From the IMG/VR virus record IMGVR_UViG_3300013094_000017, positions 186,001 to 250,000 of that record: 64,000 nt of DNA. One strand, written 5' to 3'. Both the position numbers and the translations under genes were made by a program. Shown here in pieces: positions 10,616-21,081 of the stretch. Numbering within the stretch: the first letter of the stretch is position 1; the number at the start of each line of letters is the position of its first letter. The notes under the pieces were generated by a model. It had not been told where the DNA came from. It worked only from the letters and a program-made list of their open reading frames with translations, and ran no database searches.

Positions 10616-11088
10616 CTAAGAAATTAGAAGAGATCTTAGATATCAACCAAAAAGAAGAAACAGTAATTCCTTTATCAGAAGCACCAAAGGCACAGCCGAT
10701 CTTAGATCTACAAGAAAAGCTAGAAGAATTTGATAAGATTTCAGCAGCCTTGCCTAGAGTTAAAGGCCTCGGCGATATGGCAGATGATGAACTAGATGCT
10801 CTGGCTAATAAAGCAGAACAAGCATACGATGATCTAATGGATCTAGGCATGAATGTTGATGCACGCTATGGTTCAAAAATGTTTGAAGTAGCGGCAAATA
10901 TGCTTAATGCGGCTATTACAGCAAAGACAAATAAGATTGAAAAGAAACTTAAAATGGTTGATTTGCAGTTAAAGAAATACAATATTGACAAGAAAACTGC
11001 ACAAGATAACGGTACTGAAGTGCAGGGCGAAGGGTATATACTTACCGATCGTAACAGCATATTAGAGAAACTTAAGAATCTTAAATAA
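10612..11088 (+). CDS. Putative small terminase subunit (gp16-like)
   Basis: Helical 158-aa protein with a YDDLMDLG...SKMFEVAANML pattern reminiscent of gp16; near TerL. Confidence 0.45.
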   Translation: MTKKLEEILDINQKEETVIPLSEAPKAQPILDLQEKLEEFDKISAALPRVKGLGDMADDELDALANKAEQAYDDLMDLGMNVDARYGSKMFEVAANMLNAAITAKTNKIEKKLKMVDLQLKKYNIDKKTAQDNGTEVQGEGYILTDRNSILEKLKNLK

Positions 11089-11111
11089 ATAAAGCATAGG
11101 AACAAACAACC

Positions 11112-11726
11112 ATGACTAAACAATTTAAAGACTATCTAGCAGAAAGCACACGCAAATACGATTTCCGAATCAAAATTGCAGGTGAAGTATCTGCTGATAA
11201 AGAAGCACTTATTAAAGCATTGCTTGGAAAATTTCAATTAGCAGAATTTAAGAAAGCAGGAGTTACTCCAATTCAGGAGTTGCCATTAGACTTTCCTAAG
11301 ATTAAAAATGCTAGTGTGAATATCTATGAAGTAACATTAGATTATCCGGCTACACAGTGGGAACTATCAGAATACATTTGCGCCAATGCAAATATTGTTC
11401 CAGAATCAATTGTAGTGCGTCGCCCACACGAAGCATTAGAAGAATATCAACAACCGCAAGAAGCTCGCACAGAAGCACTATTAACAGATAGTGAATATAA
11501 AGAATCACCAAATGCTAACTTTGATGACTACTATGGCGACAAATACAACACAGGCTTCGTTAAAGAACTTAACGATATCTTAAAATTACAACGCAAAGAA
11601 CGCGGTGAAGAAATCCCAGAATCTAAAGCAGACGATGTTATTAAGAATCCAGGCAAAACTTCAAATGAAATTCCACAATACAAAAATAGTCCAATCAAAC
11701 AAACAGACTATGATCCAAGGAAATAA
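11112..11726 (+). CDS. Hypothetical late protein (possible internal head protein)
   Basis: Late promoter; N-terminal MTKQFKDYLAES resembles T4 capsid-targeting/processing sequences. Confidence 0.55.
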   Translation: MTKQFKDYLAESTRKYDFRIKIAGEVSADKEALIKALLGKFQLAEFKKAGVTPIQELPLDFPKIKNASVNIYEVTLDYPATQWELSEYICANANIVPESIVVRRPHEALEEYQQPQEARTEALLTDSEYKESPNANFDDYYGDKYNTGFVKELNDILKLQRKERGEEIPESKADDVIKNPGKTSNEIPQYKNSPIKQTDYDPRK

Positions 11727-11728
11727 TT

Positions 11729-13312
11729 ATGAACATGAACGATTTATTAAAAAAACTAGCCGGCTTAGATACTAAGAAAACTTCAGTATTGAAAGAAAGC
11801 GTTAACGAACGCGGTATGTCTATGAATGTAGATGAATGGGAAACAGATCCTGCTGCACACGATCAAGAGTTAATTGACTCATGGCATGATCAGGTAGTTG
11901 ATGCTTTAAATCAATACGAAATTGATGGCCCGCTATCGGATAAAGAATTAGAAGAACTTTGTCGCGCAGTGTCTAGTGATCTAAACGATGAAGTAGATCA
12001 CAAAACTGTTCATAAAATTATTGCAGGTGAATTAGACCAACGTGAACACGATCATGCTAATGATGGGTCATATGACAGCAGTGATGATGCAGCGGCATTG
12101 GCATCAGCAGGTCACGGCAGTGATGAAGATTACGGCACTTATGAAGAAGGTGCAGAGTTTGGCGCATACGATTACGAACAACTAGCACAAGCAGTATACG
12201 ATAAGATCCCACACTTAGATACCAGTGGAAGAGCTGCTGAACTTATCAGCACAGGACACATCTTTGCTAAAAAAATGTTTGGTGATAAAGAAGCCAACTA
12301 TTTGTTTAGACACGAAGACTTCCCTGCAGACTTCGTAAGTTCATATTCATATCTACAAAAACAACACGCAGGAAAAGAAAGCGCAGGTGCTCAAGGTGAC
12401 GTCGGTGGCGCACACGGTGAAGAAACAATCAGCCCAGTACATGGAGAAAGTATGGAAAAAGATCTATCAATGGAAAGTTTAAGAGTACTTTCTGGCTTGA
12501 ACAAAGCAATCAATGAATGTGGTATCCCATCTGCAATGGGCGCAAGCACACCGGCAAGTATTAATATTACCGCTGCCAATGGTTCAGAACTAACTGGAAT
12601 GTTAAAAGACATTATGAATTTAGCTGGCGTACAACAAGTTACTCCGCAACACATGCCGATTGATGTAATAGCATCTCCGGCAGAAGTTGATCATATGCCA
12701 GTAGCACAACACGAACCAGATATGGCCACGCTTATCAAAGCAGTCGACCAACCAGAAGCAAATACTGATAGCATGAATGATCATGAAGAAGAAACAGACG
12801 AATCAAGTGGCGAGAAAGAAGAGAATCGTCCTTGGGATTCTAGCCCACACGAAAAGATTCGTCAAGACGGTGTTCGTAAATTTGGTGATTCAAATTCAGG
12901 AGATGGTAAAGGACGTATTGGTACACAACCAAACGCACGTACAACAGAATCAGTTGCAGAACGTTTATACTCTGAATATAAAAAATTCGTAGCAGAAGCC
13001 GCAGCAGACGAACCAGCAGCTCCGGATGCAGATGCTATTGCTAAACGTAAACGTCTACAAGCAATTAAAGATCGTCAAGAAGATGCAGCAGCAGAAAAAT
13101 CATATAAGAAAGATAGCAATGTTCGCGTGCATCATGCTAAACACGATGATGCTGATATGGACGAAGGATACGATAGCCGTGATGCATATCAAAAGTCTGA
13201 TCCTAAACATCCAGATTTCAAAAAGAACTTTGAAAAGTATCATGCAGCAAATTCTCATAAATCAAGATCAGATGCACTAGCTGATTTTGTTAAGAAGATG
13301 AAATCAAGATAA
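11729..13312 (+). CDS. Acidic low-complexity protein, probably prohead core/internal protein
   Basis: 527 aa, very D/E-rich; repeated L-[AS]-G-[LV] motifs. Confidence 0.55.
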   Translation: MNMNDLLKKLAGLDTKKTSVLKESVNERGMSMNVDEWETDPAAHDQELIDSWHDQVVDALNQYEIDGPLSDKELEELCRAVSSDLNDEVDHKTVHKIIAGELDQREHDHANDGSYDSSDDAAALASAGHGSDEDYGTYEEGAEFGAYDYEQLAQAVYDKIPHLDTSGRAAELISTGHIFAKKMFGDKEANYLFRHEDFPADFVSSYSYLQKQHAGKESAGAQGDVGGAHGEETISPVHGESMEKDLSMESLRVLSGLNKAINECGIPSAMGASTPASINITAANGSELTGMLKDIMNLAGVQQVTPQHMPIDVIASPAEVDHMPVAQHEPDMATLIKAVDQPEANTDSMNDHEEETDESSGEKEENRPWDSSPHEKIRQDGVRKFGDSNSGDGKGRIGTQPNARTTESVAERLYSEYKKFVAEAAADEPAAPDADAIAKRKRLQAIKDRQEDAAAEKSYKKDSNVRVHHAKHDDADMDEGYDSRDAYQKSDPKHPDFKKNFEKYHAANSHKSRSDALADFVKKMKSR

Positions 13313-13332
13313 TACCTTAGACATAGTCAACC

Positions 13333-13360
13333 AAATAGCCTCTACGGAGGCTATTTTTTT
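13333..13360 (+). terminator. Rho-independent terminator
   Basis: AAATAGCCTC-TACG-GAGGCTATTT plus T tract. Confidence 0.85.
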
Positions 13361-13374
13361 CATTAAATAAACAT

Positions 13375-14964
13375 ATGGCAAGTAAATCATTAGACGGTAA
13401 CCTAGTAAAGAAAGCACACTCTACTCAGAAGTATACCAATCAACAAATTGAAGACCTTCTAAAGTGTAGCGATCCTAGTACGGGTCCGGCATATTTTCTA
13501 GCAAACTTTTTCTTTATACAGCATCCTACTAAAGGTAAGATCTCGTATAAAGCATTCCAATATCAGGAAGAATTATTAGAAAGCTATCACTCACATAGAT
13601 TCAGTGTAAACATGCTAGGTCGTCAGATGGGTAAAACGACCACTGCCGTGGGATATCTCTTATGGTATGCTATGTTTGTTGACAACAGCACTATCTTAAT
13701 TGCCGCACACAAATACACAGGTGCTAAAGAAATTATGCAACGCTTACGCTACGCATATGAAACTTGCCCAGATCATATTCGATGCGGTGTTACAAGTTAC
13801 AATAAAGAATCAATTGAATTTGACAACGGTAGCCGCATAGTAGCACAGACAACAACAGAAACAACAGGTCGTGGTATGTCACTATCACTACTATACTGTG
13901 ATGAGTTTGCGTTCGTTCCACCTAACGTAGCTTCTGAGTTTTGGACTTCAATATCTCCTACACTAGCCACAGGTGGTAAGGCTATTATTACAAGTACTCC
14001 AAACAGTGATGAAGATCAATTTGCACAGATTTGGAATGAAGCTAATAAGCGATTTGACGAATACGGTAACGAAACTGAAGTAGGACGTAACGGCTTTGCT
14101 CCTTACATGGCTATTTGGAATCAGCATCCAGATCGCGATGAAAAATGGAAAGCAGAAGAAATGTCGCGTGTGGGCGAAGAACGTTTCCGCCGTGAACATA
14201 ATTGCGAATTCTTAATCTTCGACGAAACCTTGGTTAACGCTATTAGCCTTTCTGATATGGAAGGCAGAGAACCTATTATGAAAATGGGGCAAGCACGTTG
14301 GTACAAGAAAATCAATCCTGCTAGCACATACATTGTATCATTAGATCCTAGCCTGGGCACAGGTGGAGATTATGCTGCTATTGAGATCTTAGAAGTACCT
14401 AGTATGGAACAAGTAGGTGAGTGGCATCATAATATGACACCCGTACAAGCACAAGCCCGTATACTACGAGACCTATTAAAGTATATCGAAGATCAATGTT
14501 CCTTACAGGGTGTTACCCCGAGCATTTATTATTCTATCGAAAACAATACAGTAGGCGAAGCTGCCTTGGTTGCTATTAATGAATTAGGTGAAGAATCATA
14601 CCCCGGCATGTTCTTAAGCGAGCCGATTAAGAAAGGACACGTTCGTCGTTTTCGTAAAGGATTTAACACAACACATTCGGCTAAAATCAATGCCTGTGCC
14701 AAACTAAAACAACTAATCGAATCACGCCAGCTTAAGGTGTACAGTAAGACCTTAATTAGCGAACTCAAAACATTTGTGGCTGCAGGTATTACCTACAAAG
14801 CCAAAACAGGACAGCACGACGACTTAGTTTCAAGCCTGTTGCTGGCCATGCGTATGATATTAATACTGCAAGATTGGGATCCAAGCATCTATGAAAAGAT
14901 GCGAGATCATACAGGGTTAGAGGAACACGATCTTCCTATGCCTATCTATATCAGCTCTTACTAA
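13375..14964 (+). CDS. terL: Terminase large subunit (gp17-like)
   Basis: GRQMGKTT Walker A, LLYCDEFAF Walker B, IITSTPN, RNase H-like SLDPSLG..GDY, HDDLV. Confidence 0.95.
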   Translation: MASKSLDGNLVKKAHSTQKYTNQQIEDLLKCSDPSTGPAYFLANFFFIQHPTKGKISYKAFQYQEELLESYHSHRFSVNMLGRQMGKTTTAVGYLLWYAMFVDNSTILIAAHKYTGAKEIMQRLRYAYETCPDHIRCGVTSYNKESIEFDNGSRIVAQTTTETTGRGMSLSLLYCDEFAFVPPNVASEFWTSISPTLATGGKAIITSTPNSDEDQFAQIWNEANKRFDEYGNETEVGRNGFAPYMAIWNQHPDRDEKWKAEEMSRVGEERFRREHNCEFLIFDETLVNAISLSDMEGREPIMKMGQARWYKKINPASTYIVSLDPSLGTGGDYAAIEILEVPSMEQVGEWHHNMTPVQAQARILRDLLKYIEDQCSLQGVTPSIYYSIENNTVGEAALVAINELGEESYPGMFLSEPIKKGHVRRFRKGFNTTHSAKINACAKLKQLIESRQLKVYSKTLISELKTFVAAGITYKAKTGQHDDLVSSLLLAMRMILILQDWDPSIYEKMRDHTGLEEHDLPMPIYISSY

Positions 14965-14973
14965 ATATACATT

Positions 14974-16944
14974 ATGGACGCTATCAATTTAATATCACAA
15001 GATTTATTCGACAAGGTGCGTAGCCGCTATTCTAACCTAGAAATGGGTGACGAAGATGGCAACGTAACGTCAGATCCTCGCGAAGCACGCTTTTTTGACT
15101 TTGATTACACTGTTGAAGGTAACAATATAGGCCGTGTTAGTATTTCAATCAACGAGCGCGGATCACTTAAAGTATTCTACGGACAAGGTATCTTAGAAGG
15201 TACTGATCCAATAACACAAGAAATGTGGTTTGATTTCTTAAGAGAAATGCGATTATTTGCCAAACGTAGATTAATGCGTTTTGATACACGCGATATTACC
15301 AAGTCCAATTTAGATAAAAACGATTTTCAATACCTAGCAAACACAGGGTCAAAGGAAGAGAACATGTCAGAAAGCAAAATGTACGGTAGCTCAAAAAGCA
15401 GTTACCTCCCACTAGAAAAAACACGCCTAATTATCCGTCACAACAAAGCAGTTGACGAAGAACAACGTGGATCACGTAGCCGCAACATCAACGCATTATA
15501 CGTTGAAAATGCCGAAGGCGAGCGTTTCAAATATCCATATATTCATCTAGCAGGTGCCAAAGCCATGCAACGCCATGTGGCCAACGGCGGTCGTCCGTAC
15601 GATGAGTGTGGCAATGCTATTATTAAAATGAGTGAACAGATTGCTCAGTTAAATGCTTTCAAACGTCACGTTGGTAAACATGATAGCATGCACAATGAAG
15701 CAAACGATATCATGGAAAAAGCCAGCATGAAGCTAGAACACCTACGTGGGCAGATCAATGCTTTATGCAAACAAGGACACTACGAAAGTTGGAAAGAAAG
15801 TTATATTCCAGAAGAAGGTGGCGAGATTGGCAACATTGATCAAGCAACTATGGAAAACTACAAGAGCAAATTTACAGTTAGTACATTTGCTGAAGACCTA
15901 GCACAGTACTTCCCACTTATACACTCTATTATGCAAGAAGCAGGTACAGTTGATTTAGATGACTATGTAGGCGAAGCTAAAGAAGAATATTGCGATAGTT
16001 GCGATAAAGTTATTAGCAAATGCACCTGCGATGAAGACGACCTAGACGAGCATGTAGGATTTGATGCATTTGAATCATGGGCTAACGCAGTAACTGAAGG
16101 CAAACTAACAGATGACGAAATTGCTAATTTGAAAGATTTGATCAGTGGCCAAGACTTTACTCTAGGAGTAGACGGTACTAATGCTATTGAATCATTACAG
16201 GATATCGGTATTGATGATCCTGATCTACTCGCAGCATTGGCAGAATTAGCCAACGTAAATTCAGAAGCAGATCCAAAACCAACTATTGGCGCATGGTTAA
16301 GTAAATTCGATCCAGATGCTGCTCACGCATTAGGATTAGAACATGAACAGTCTGCTGCCCCTGCTCCGGAAGAAGCACCAGCTGAAGAAGAAGGCTATGA
16401 AGATCATATGGCCACAAACAAATTTGCACATTATAATAAAATGAAAACAGCAGGTGCAAAACCAAAAGAGCCAAATTTAAGTGTGGGTCAAAAACTTAAG
16501 AGTATTGTTAAAGGTGCTCAAGCATGGGTTAACAATAAACCAGATAGCGACAGTGATTTGGATCTTGGTGAAGAAGATGAAATCGGTGGCGAAATGCCAC
16601 AAGAAGAAGTTACTCTACAAGATATTGCCGAAATGGTTAAGAGCTTCTATGATAGAGAAACTAAGAAGTTTCCACTAGGCAAAACCGGTGTTGTTACTAA
16701 AGTACGTAAAGAGATGGGCGACAATGCTGCCGAATTAGCAGAACGTTTAGTGGACCATTTAGAAGATACCTGCGATGAAGAGCAACAAAACGATATGGCA
16801 CTTGAACCAAACGATAGTCAAAGCCCAATACACGGCGGAGAACCACGCAGCCCAGAAACAGATGACAGAGGTTGGTTTGGTCACGACGAGGTAGAACAAG
16901 AAGCATTTGAAGATATTCTACGTTTATCAGGCATCAAAAAATAA
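14974..16944 (+). CDS. Conserved hypothetical late protein, acidic C-terminus
   Basis: 656-aa ORF under late promoter 14962; ends EDILRLSGIKK. Confidence 0.6.
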   Translation: MDAINLISQDLFDKVRSRYSNLEMGDEDGNVTSDPREARFFDFDYTVEGNNIGRVSISINERGSLKVFYGQGILEGTDPITQEMWFDFLREMRLFAKRRLMRFDTRDITKSNLDKNDFQYLANTGSKEENMSESKMYGSSKSSYLPLEKTRLIIRHNKAVDEEQRGSRSRNINALYVENAEGERFKYPYIHLAGAKAMQRHVANGGRPYDECGNAIIKMSEQIAQLNAFKRHVGKHDSMHNEANDIMEKASMKLEHLRGQINALCKQGHYESWKESYIPEEGGEIGNIDQATMENYKSKFTVSTFAEDLAQYFPLIHSIMQEAGTVDLDDYVGEAKEEYCDSCDKVISKCTCDEDDLDEHVGFDAFESWANAVTEGKLTDDEIANLKDLISGQDFTLGVDGTNAIESLQDIGIDDPDLLAALAELANVNSEADPKPTIGAWLSKFDPDAAHALGLEHEQSAAPAPEEAPAEEEGYEDHMATNKFAHYNKMKTAGAKPKEPNLSVGQKLKSIVKGAQAWVNNKPDSDSDLDLGEEDEIGGEMPQEEVTLQDIAEMVKSFYDRETKKFPLGKTGVVTKVRKEMGDNAAELAERLVDHLEDTCDEEQQNDMALEPNDSQSPIHGGEPRSPETDDRGWFGHDEVEQEAFEDILRLSGIKK

Positions 16945-16968
16945 CCGAAAATAATTGTCAATTAACCA

Positions 16969-16998
16969 TTGACATGATAAATAAAGCTGTGTTATAGT
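16969..16998 (+). promoter_or_regulatory. Nested sigma70 and late promoter for gene 32
   Basis: TTGACA 16969-74, extended -10 TGnTATAGT 16990-98, TAAATA 16978-83 inside the spacer. Confidence 0.7.
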
Positions 16999-17079
16999 TA
17001 ACGCTATGCACAGTTTTTTCTTTTAGTCAGTTGGCTTTAAGAGAATGGCACATTAAATTTTATAATAAGGAAAATCATT

Positions 17080-18102
17080 ATGGCAACACTCGCAGAAATC
17101 AGAGCAAAACTTCAAGCATCAAGTCAACAAAACGGCGACCGTCAAGGTGGCGGTGACAACGCAATTTACCCACATTGGAATATCGCAGAAGGAACAAACG
17201 CAACCGTACGTTTCTTACCTGACGCAGATCCAAACAACACTTTCTTCTGGATCGAACGAGCAATGATCAAATTGCCTTTCGCAGGAGTTAAAGGTGAAAC
17301 AAATAGTAAACCAGTAACTGTACAAGTACCTTGTATGGAAATGTGGGGCGAAACTTGTCCAATCTTAACTGAAGTACGTCCTTGGTTTAAGGATAAGAGT
17401 TTAGAAGAACAAGGTCGTAAGTACTGGAAAAAGAAATCATATCTATTCCAAGGCTTTGTGGTAGATAGTAGCTATCAAGAAACTGGTACACCACCAGCAA
17501 ATCCAATCCGTCGATTCATTATCGGAAGTCAAATCTTTAATATCGTTAAGGCAGCATTGCTTGACCCAGATATGGAAGAATTGCCAACAGATTATGTACG
17601 TGGCGTTGATTTCAAAATCACTAAGACATCGAAAGGTGGCTATGCAGATTACTCAACTTCAAATTGGGCTCGTCGTGAACGTGCGTTAAGCGAAGAAGAA
17701 TTGTCAGCAATTAAGACAAACAACTTGTTTAATCTCAAGGACTTCTTACCTAAGAAACCAGGTGATGTAGAACTTCAAGTTATGAAAGAAATGTTTGAAG
17801 CATCAGTAGATGGTGAAGCATATGACGCAGATCGTTGGGGTCAATACTTTAAACCTAGTGGTTACAATGCTCCAGCAGGCTCAGCAGCAGCGGCTCCAGT
17901 AGCTGAAAGTGCACCGGCAGCAGTGGCAGCACCTGTAGTTAAGGCAGCACCAATTCCTGAAATCAATGAAGATGAAGATTTACCATTTGACGCAGATGCT
18001 CCAGTAGCAACAGCCAGCGCACCTACTCCAACAGGTAGTGACAGTGCTAGCTCACGTGCTCAAGACATCTTAGCAGCAATCCGCAATCGCTCACAAGCGT
18101 AA
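17080..18102 (+). CDS. Single-stranded DNA-binding protein (T4 gp32-like)
   Basis: VRFLPD, PC.E.WG..CP, YWKKKSY, ADYSTS; acidic/Ala-rich tail. Confidence 0.9.
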   Translation: MATLAEIRAKLQASSQQNGDRQGGGDNAIYPHWNIAEGTNATVRFLPDADPNNTFFWIERAMIKLPFAGVKGETNSKPVTVQVPCMEMWGETCPILTEVRPWFKDKSLEEQGRKYWKKKSYLFQGFVVDSSYQETGTPPANPIRRFIIGSQIFNIVKAALLDPDMEELPTDYVRGVDFKITKTSKGGYADYSTSNWARRERALSEEELSAIKTNNLFNLKDFLPKKPGDVELQVMKEMFEASVDGEAYDADRWGQYFKPSGYNAPAGSAAAAPVAESAPAAVAAPVVKAAPIPEINEDEDLPFDADAPVATASAPTPTGSDSASSRAQDILAAIRNRSQA

Positions 18103-18112
18103 GGGGTGCTAA

Positions 18113-19174
18113 ATGAAATCATTTGATATCTCAAAATTCCGCAAGGGATTGACTAAAAGTATTGATGGTCTTGGTATTGGATTTAACGATCCAACCGATT
18201 GGATTTCAACTGGCAACTATGCACTAAACTATCTTATCTCAGGGGACTTCTTTAAGGGAGTTCCCCTTGGTAAGGTAACAGTGTTTGCTGGTGAATCTGG
18301 TGCAGGAAAATCATACATCTGTTCAGGTAACATTATCAAGGCAGCACAAGAGCAAGGCATTTACGTTATCTTAGTTGATAGCGAAAACGCACTTGACGAA
18401 GCATGGTTACATGCTTTAGGTGTTGATACTACAGAAGATAAACTTCTTAAGTTAAACATGGCTATGATTGATGATGTGGCAAAAACTATCAGTGAGTTTA
18501 TGAAAGAATATAAAGGTATGCCTGCAGAAGAGCGTCCAAAAGTATTATTTGTAATTGACTCATTAGGCATGTTATTAACTCCAACTGATGTAAATCAATT
18601 TGAAGCAGGTGAAATGAAAGGTGATATGGGTCGTAAACCTAAAGCACTTACAGCACTTGTACGTAATTGTGTAAATCAGTTTGGTACATATAATGTAGGT
18701 ATGGTGTGTACTAATCACACATACGCAAGTCAAGATATGTTTGATCCAGATGACAAAATTTCCGGCGGTCAGGGCTTTATCTATGCAAGTTCAATTGTAG
18801 TAGCAATGCGTAAATTGAAACTTAAAGTAGATGCAGACGGTAACAAAACTTCAGAAGTGCATGGCATTCGTTCGGCATGTAAGATCATGAAAACACGTTA
18901 TGCTAAACCTTTTGAAGCTGTTCAAGTTGAAATTCCTTACACAACAGGTATGGCACCAACTAGTGGACTAGTTGACCTATTTGAAGCAAAAGGTGTATTA
19001 ACTAAGAGCGGTAATAAGTTACAATATGTAAACAAAGCAACAGGTGAAATTACATCAGAGTTTCGTAAGAATTGGTCAGAAGAAAAACTAATGGCCATTA
19101 TGAAAGAATGGGATGATACTGCTACAACTGTTAGTAGCGAAGCATTAGTAGATACAGAAGGCGAGGACGCATAA
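18113..19174 (+). CDS. uvsX: RecA-like recombinase UvsX
   Basis: STGNYALNYLISG, GESGAGKS, FVIDSLGML, NHTY, ISGGQG. Confidence 0.95.
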   Translation: MKSFDISKFRKGLTKSIDGLGIGFNDPTDWISTGNYALNYLISGDFFKGVPLGKVTVFAGESGAGKSYICSGNIIKAAQEQGIYVILVDSENALDEAWLHALGVDTTEDKLLKLNMAMIDDVAKTISEFMKEYKGMPAEERPKVLFVIDSLGMLLTPTDVNQFEAGEMKGDMGRKPKALTALVRNCVNQFGTYNVGMVCTNHTYASQDMFDPDDKISGGQGFIYASSIVVAMRKLKLKVDADGNKTSEVHGIRSACKIMKTRYAKPFEAVQVEIPYTTGMAPTSGLVDLFEAKGVLTKSGNKLQYVNKATGEITSEFRKNWSEEKLMAIMKEWDDTATTVSSEALVDTEGEDA

Positions 19175-19175
19175 A

Positions 19176-19424
19176 ATGGATGACAGTTTAATTATGGAAA
19201 TATGGGATACATTCAAAGAGTATATCCCGGAAAAAAATAAAGACACAGCGGCAAATCATTATGTCGATTATCTGTTAGGTAAGGATGTAGAACCAAGTGT
19301 CTTAGAAACTTTCGTAGGTTACGATTCACATCTTGACGATGCTATTAAGGCAGTAGTTGAAGAAGAAAAAGGCTACGAGGAAGAAGAAAGTGATTGGAGT
19401 GATGACTCGGACGAGGATTACTAA
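19176..19424 (+). CDS. Hypothetical acidic protein
   Basis: Coupled ORF between uvsX and uvsY. Confidence 0.6.
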   Translation: MDDSLIMEIWDTFKEYIPEKNKDTAANHYVDYLLGKDVEPSVLETFVGYDSHLDDAIKAVVEEEKGYEEEESDWSDDSDEDY

Positions 19425-19882
19425 TGGCACACTGGTACGCAAAGGTTAGTAAGGACATTACTCACCTACCAGAGTGTATCGATCACTTCTATAAAGAACT
19501 GGAAGATGCTAAACGCGAAGTTAAGATCTATGGTAACATAGAAAAGGCCAGCGCGGCACTTCCAGGCATTGTAGAGCAACGTTTCAATCAGCTTCAAGAA
19601 ATTGAAGCTGTATTGGAATACCTAAACATTGAACTACGTCGGGTTAGATCTAAGACATTTAAGAAATATCTTGAGAACTATCAACGTGCGTTAAGTTCGC
19701 GTGATGTTGAAAAATATGTTGATGGAGAAGCAGACGTAGTTGATATGGAAAAGATCATTAACGAGTTTGCCCTACTACGCAACCAATGGATCGGCATTAT
19801 CAAAGCCGTTGACCAAAAGCAATGGCAAATTACTAATATTGTTAAACTGCGAGCAGCAGGCCTAGAAGACGCGAGTCTATAA
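19424..19882 (+). CDS. uvsY: Recombination mediator UvsY
   Basis: YQRALSSRDVEKYVDGEADV...KQWQITNIVKLRAAG. Confidence 0.85.
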   Translation: MAHWYAKVSKDITHLPECIDHFYKELEDAKREVKIYGNIEKASAALPGIVEQRFNQLQEIEAVLEYLNIELRRVRSKTFKKYLENYQRALSSRDVEKYVDGEADVVDMEKIINEFALLRNQWIGIIKAVDQKQWQITNIVKLRAAGLEDASL

Positions 19883-21081
19883 TGTACATTGAAGATTTGA
19901 TTGACCGTTTAGCCTGTTACGGGAATTACCTATTTCATTCTCCGTTGACTATTGCTTATGTCGATATTACTATCGTAACTAGTTTATCTGACCAGATACA
20001 ACGAGGCAACGCATACACTGAGAAGCAGCGTGGTTTGGCCTTACGGATAGTATCAAAGTATGTTGGAGTATTATCTGCCGATCTAGGATTTGATGTTGGC
20101 ACATTGTTAAAGAATCCACAGTTTAGTAATCCCATACGAGTAATATCTGGTATTAAATCTATCAGCATTGTAGACCGCGGGACTGGTCCAGTTCTAGCAG
20201 TACAGTTTCCGTATAATCAAGAGCTAGTTGATAATATTAAGAAATATAAAGACAGCTTAACAAATTTTCAAGCAATTAATATCAATTGGAATTCTGAAGA
20301 GAAATATTGGGAATTTGGTTTCACTGAACCTAATATTCAATTCTTATGTTCATTTATTGACATAGGGTTTGTTGCAGACGAGCAATTTCTAAAATACAGA
20401 ACTGAAATACAAGAAATAGAACATCGCATAGATGAATATGTTCCTATCGTAGAATATGTCAATGGACACTTTAGATATCGTAATGTAGTAGATCATATTC
20501 CACAACCTACTTCACTGAATCTTGTAGAAGTATTATTACATGCAAGGCGGCACGGTATTAATTGTTGGGACGAATCTATAGACATCGCATTAGAATCAGT
20601 TGATCCGGTAATATATAAATTTCTAAAGAATTCATCAGGTGAAGTTTCATTTCCGCCCGGTGAAACAGAATTAGATCAAATAAGTGATATACTTACCTTC
20701 TCAGAGAATGTATTATTTGTAATACCCGGCGGCACAGAGATAGATCACTTAAAGTATGTACATGAGTATCTAAACTCATCTAAGTATCAAAACGAACAAA
20801 TGACTGTGATGTTTAGATTAGACAGTAGCTCAGGTAGAATGTGTAATGAATATATTAAAGAACATAAACTAAACACACCACTGTCTGATAAGATTAAATT
20901 TGTTTTTGTTAGTGGTAAGATTCCTAAACCACTAATCGAATCGGGCAAGACCTTTGATGTCATTGTTCACTTTGGTACGAACAGTGCTCATTATACATTA
21001 AAGAATTTTGTTAAGAATCATCACAATGTTATTAGTATGAACCTACCTAACAGAAAAAATAGGGAAATAAATTTTGGCTAG
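19882..21081 (+). CDS. Hypothetical protein
   Basis: 399-aa ORF coupled to uvsY and uvsW. Confidence 0.6.
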   Translation: MYIEDLIDRLACYGNYLFHSPLTIAYVDITIVTSLSDQIQRGNAYTEKQRGLALRIVSKYVGVLSADLGFDVGTLLKNPQFSNPIRVISGIKSISIVDRGTGPVLAVQFPYNQELVDNIKKYKDSLTNFQAININWNSEEKYWEFGFTEPNIQFLCSFIDIGFVADEQFLKYRTEIQEIEHRIDEYVPIVEYVNGHFRYRNVVDHIPQPTSLNLVEVLLHARRHGINCWDESIDIALESVDPVIYKFLKNSSGEVSFPPGETELDQISDILTFSENVLFVIPGGTEIDHLKYVHEYLNSSKYQNEQMTVMFRLDSSSGRMCNEYIKEHKLNTPLSDKIKFVFVSGKIPKPLIESGKTFDVIVHFGTNSAHYTLKNFVKNHHNVISMNLPNRKNREINFG

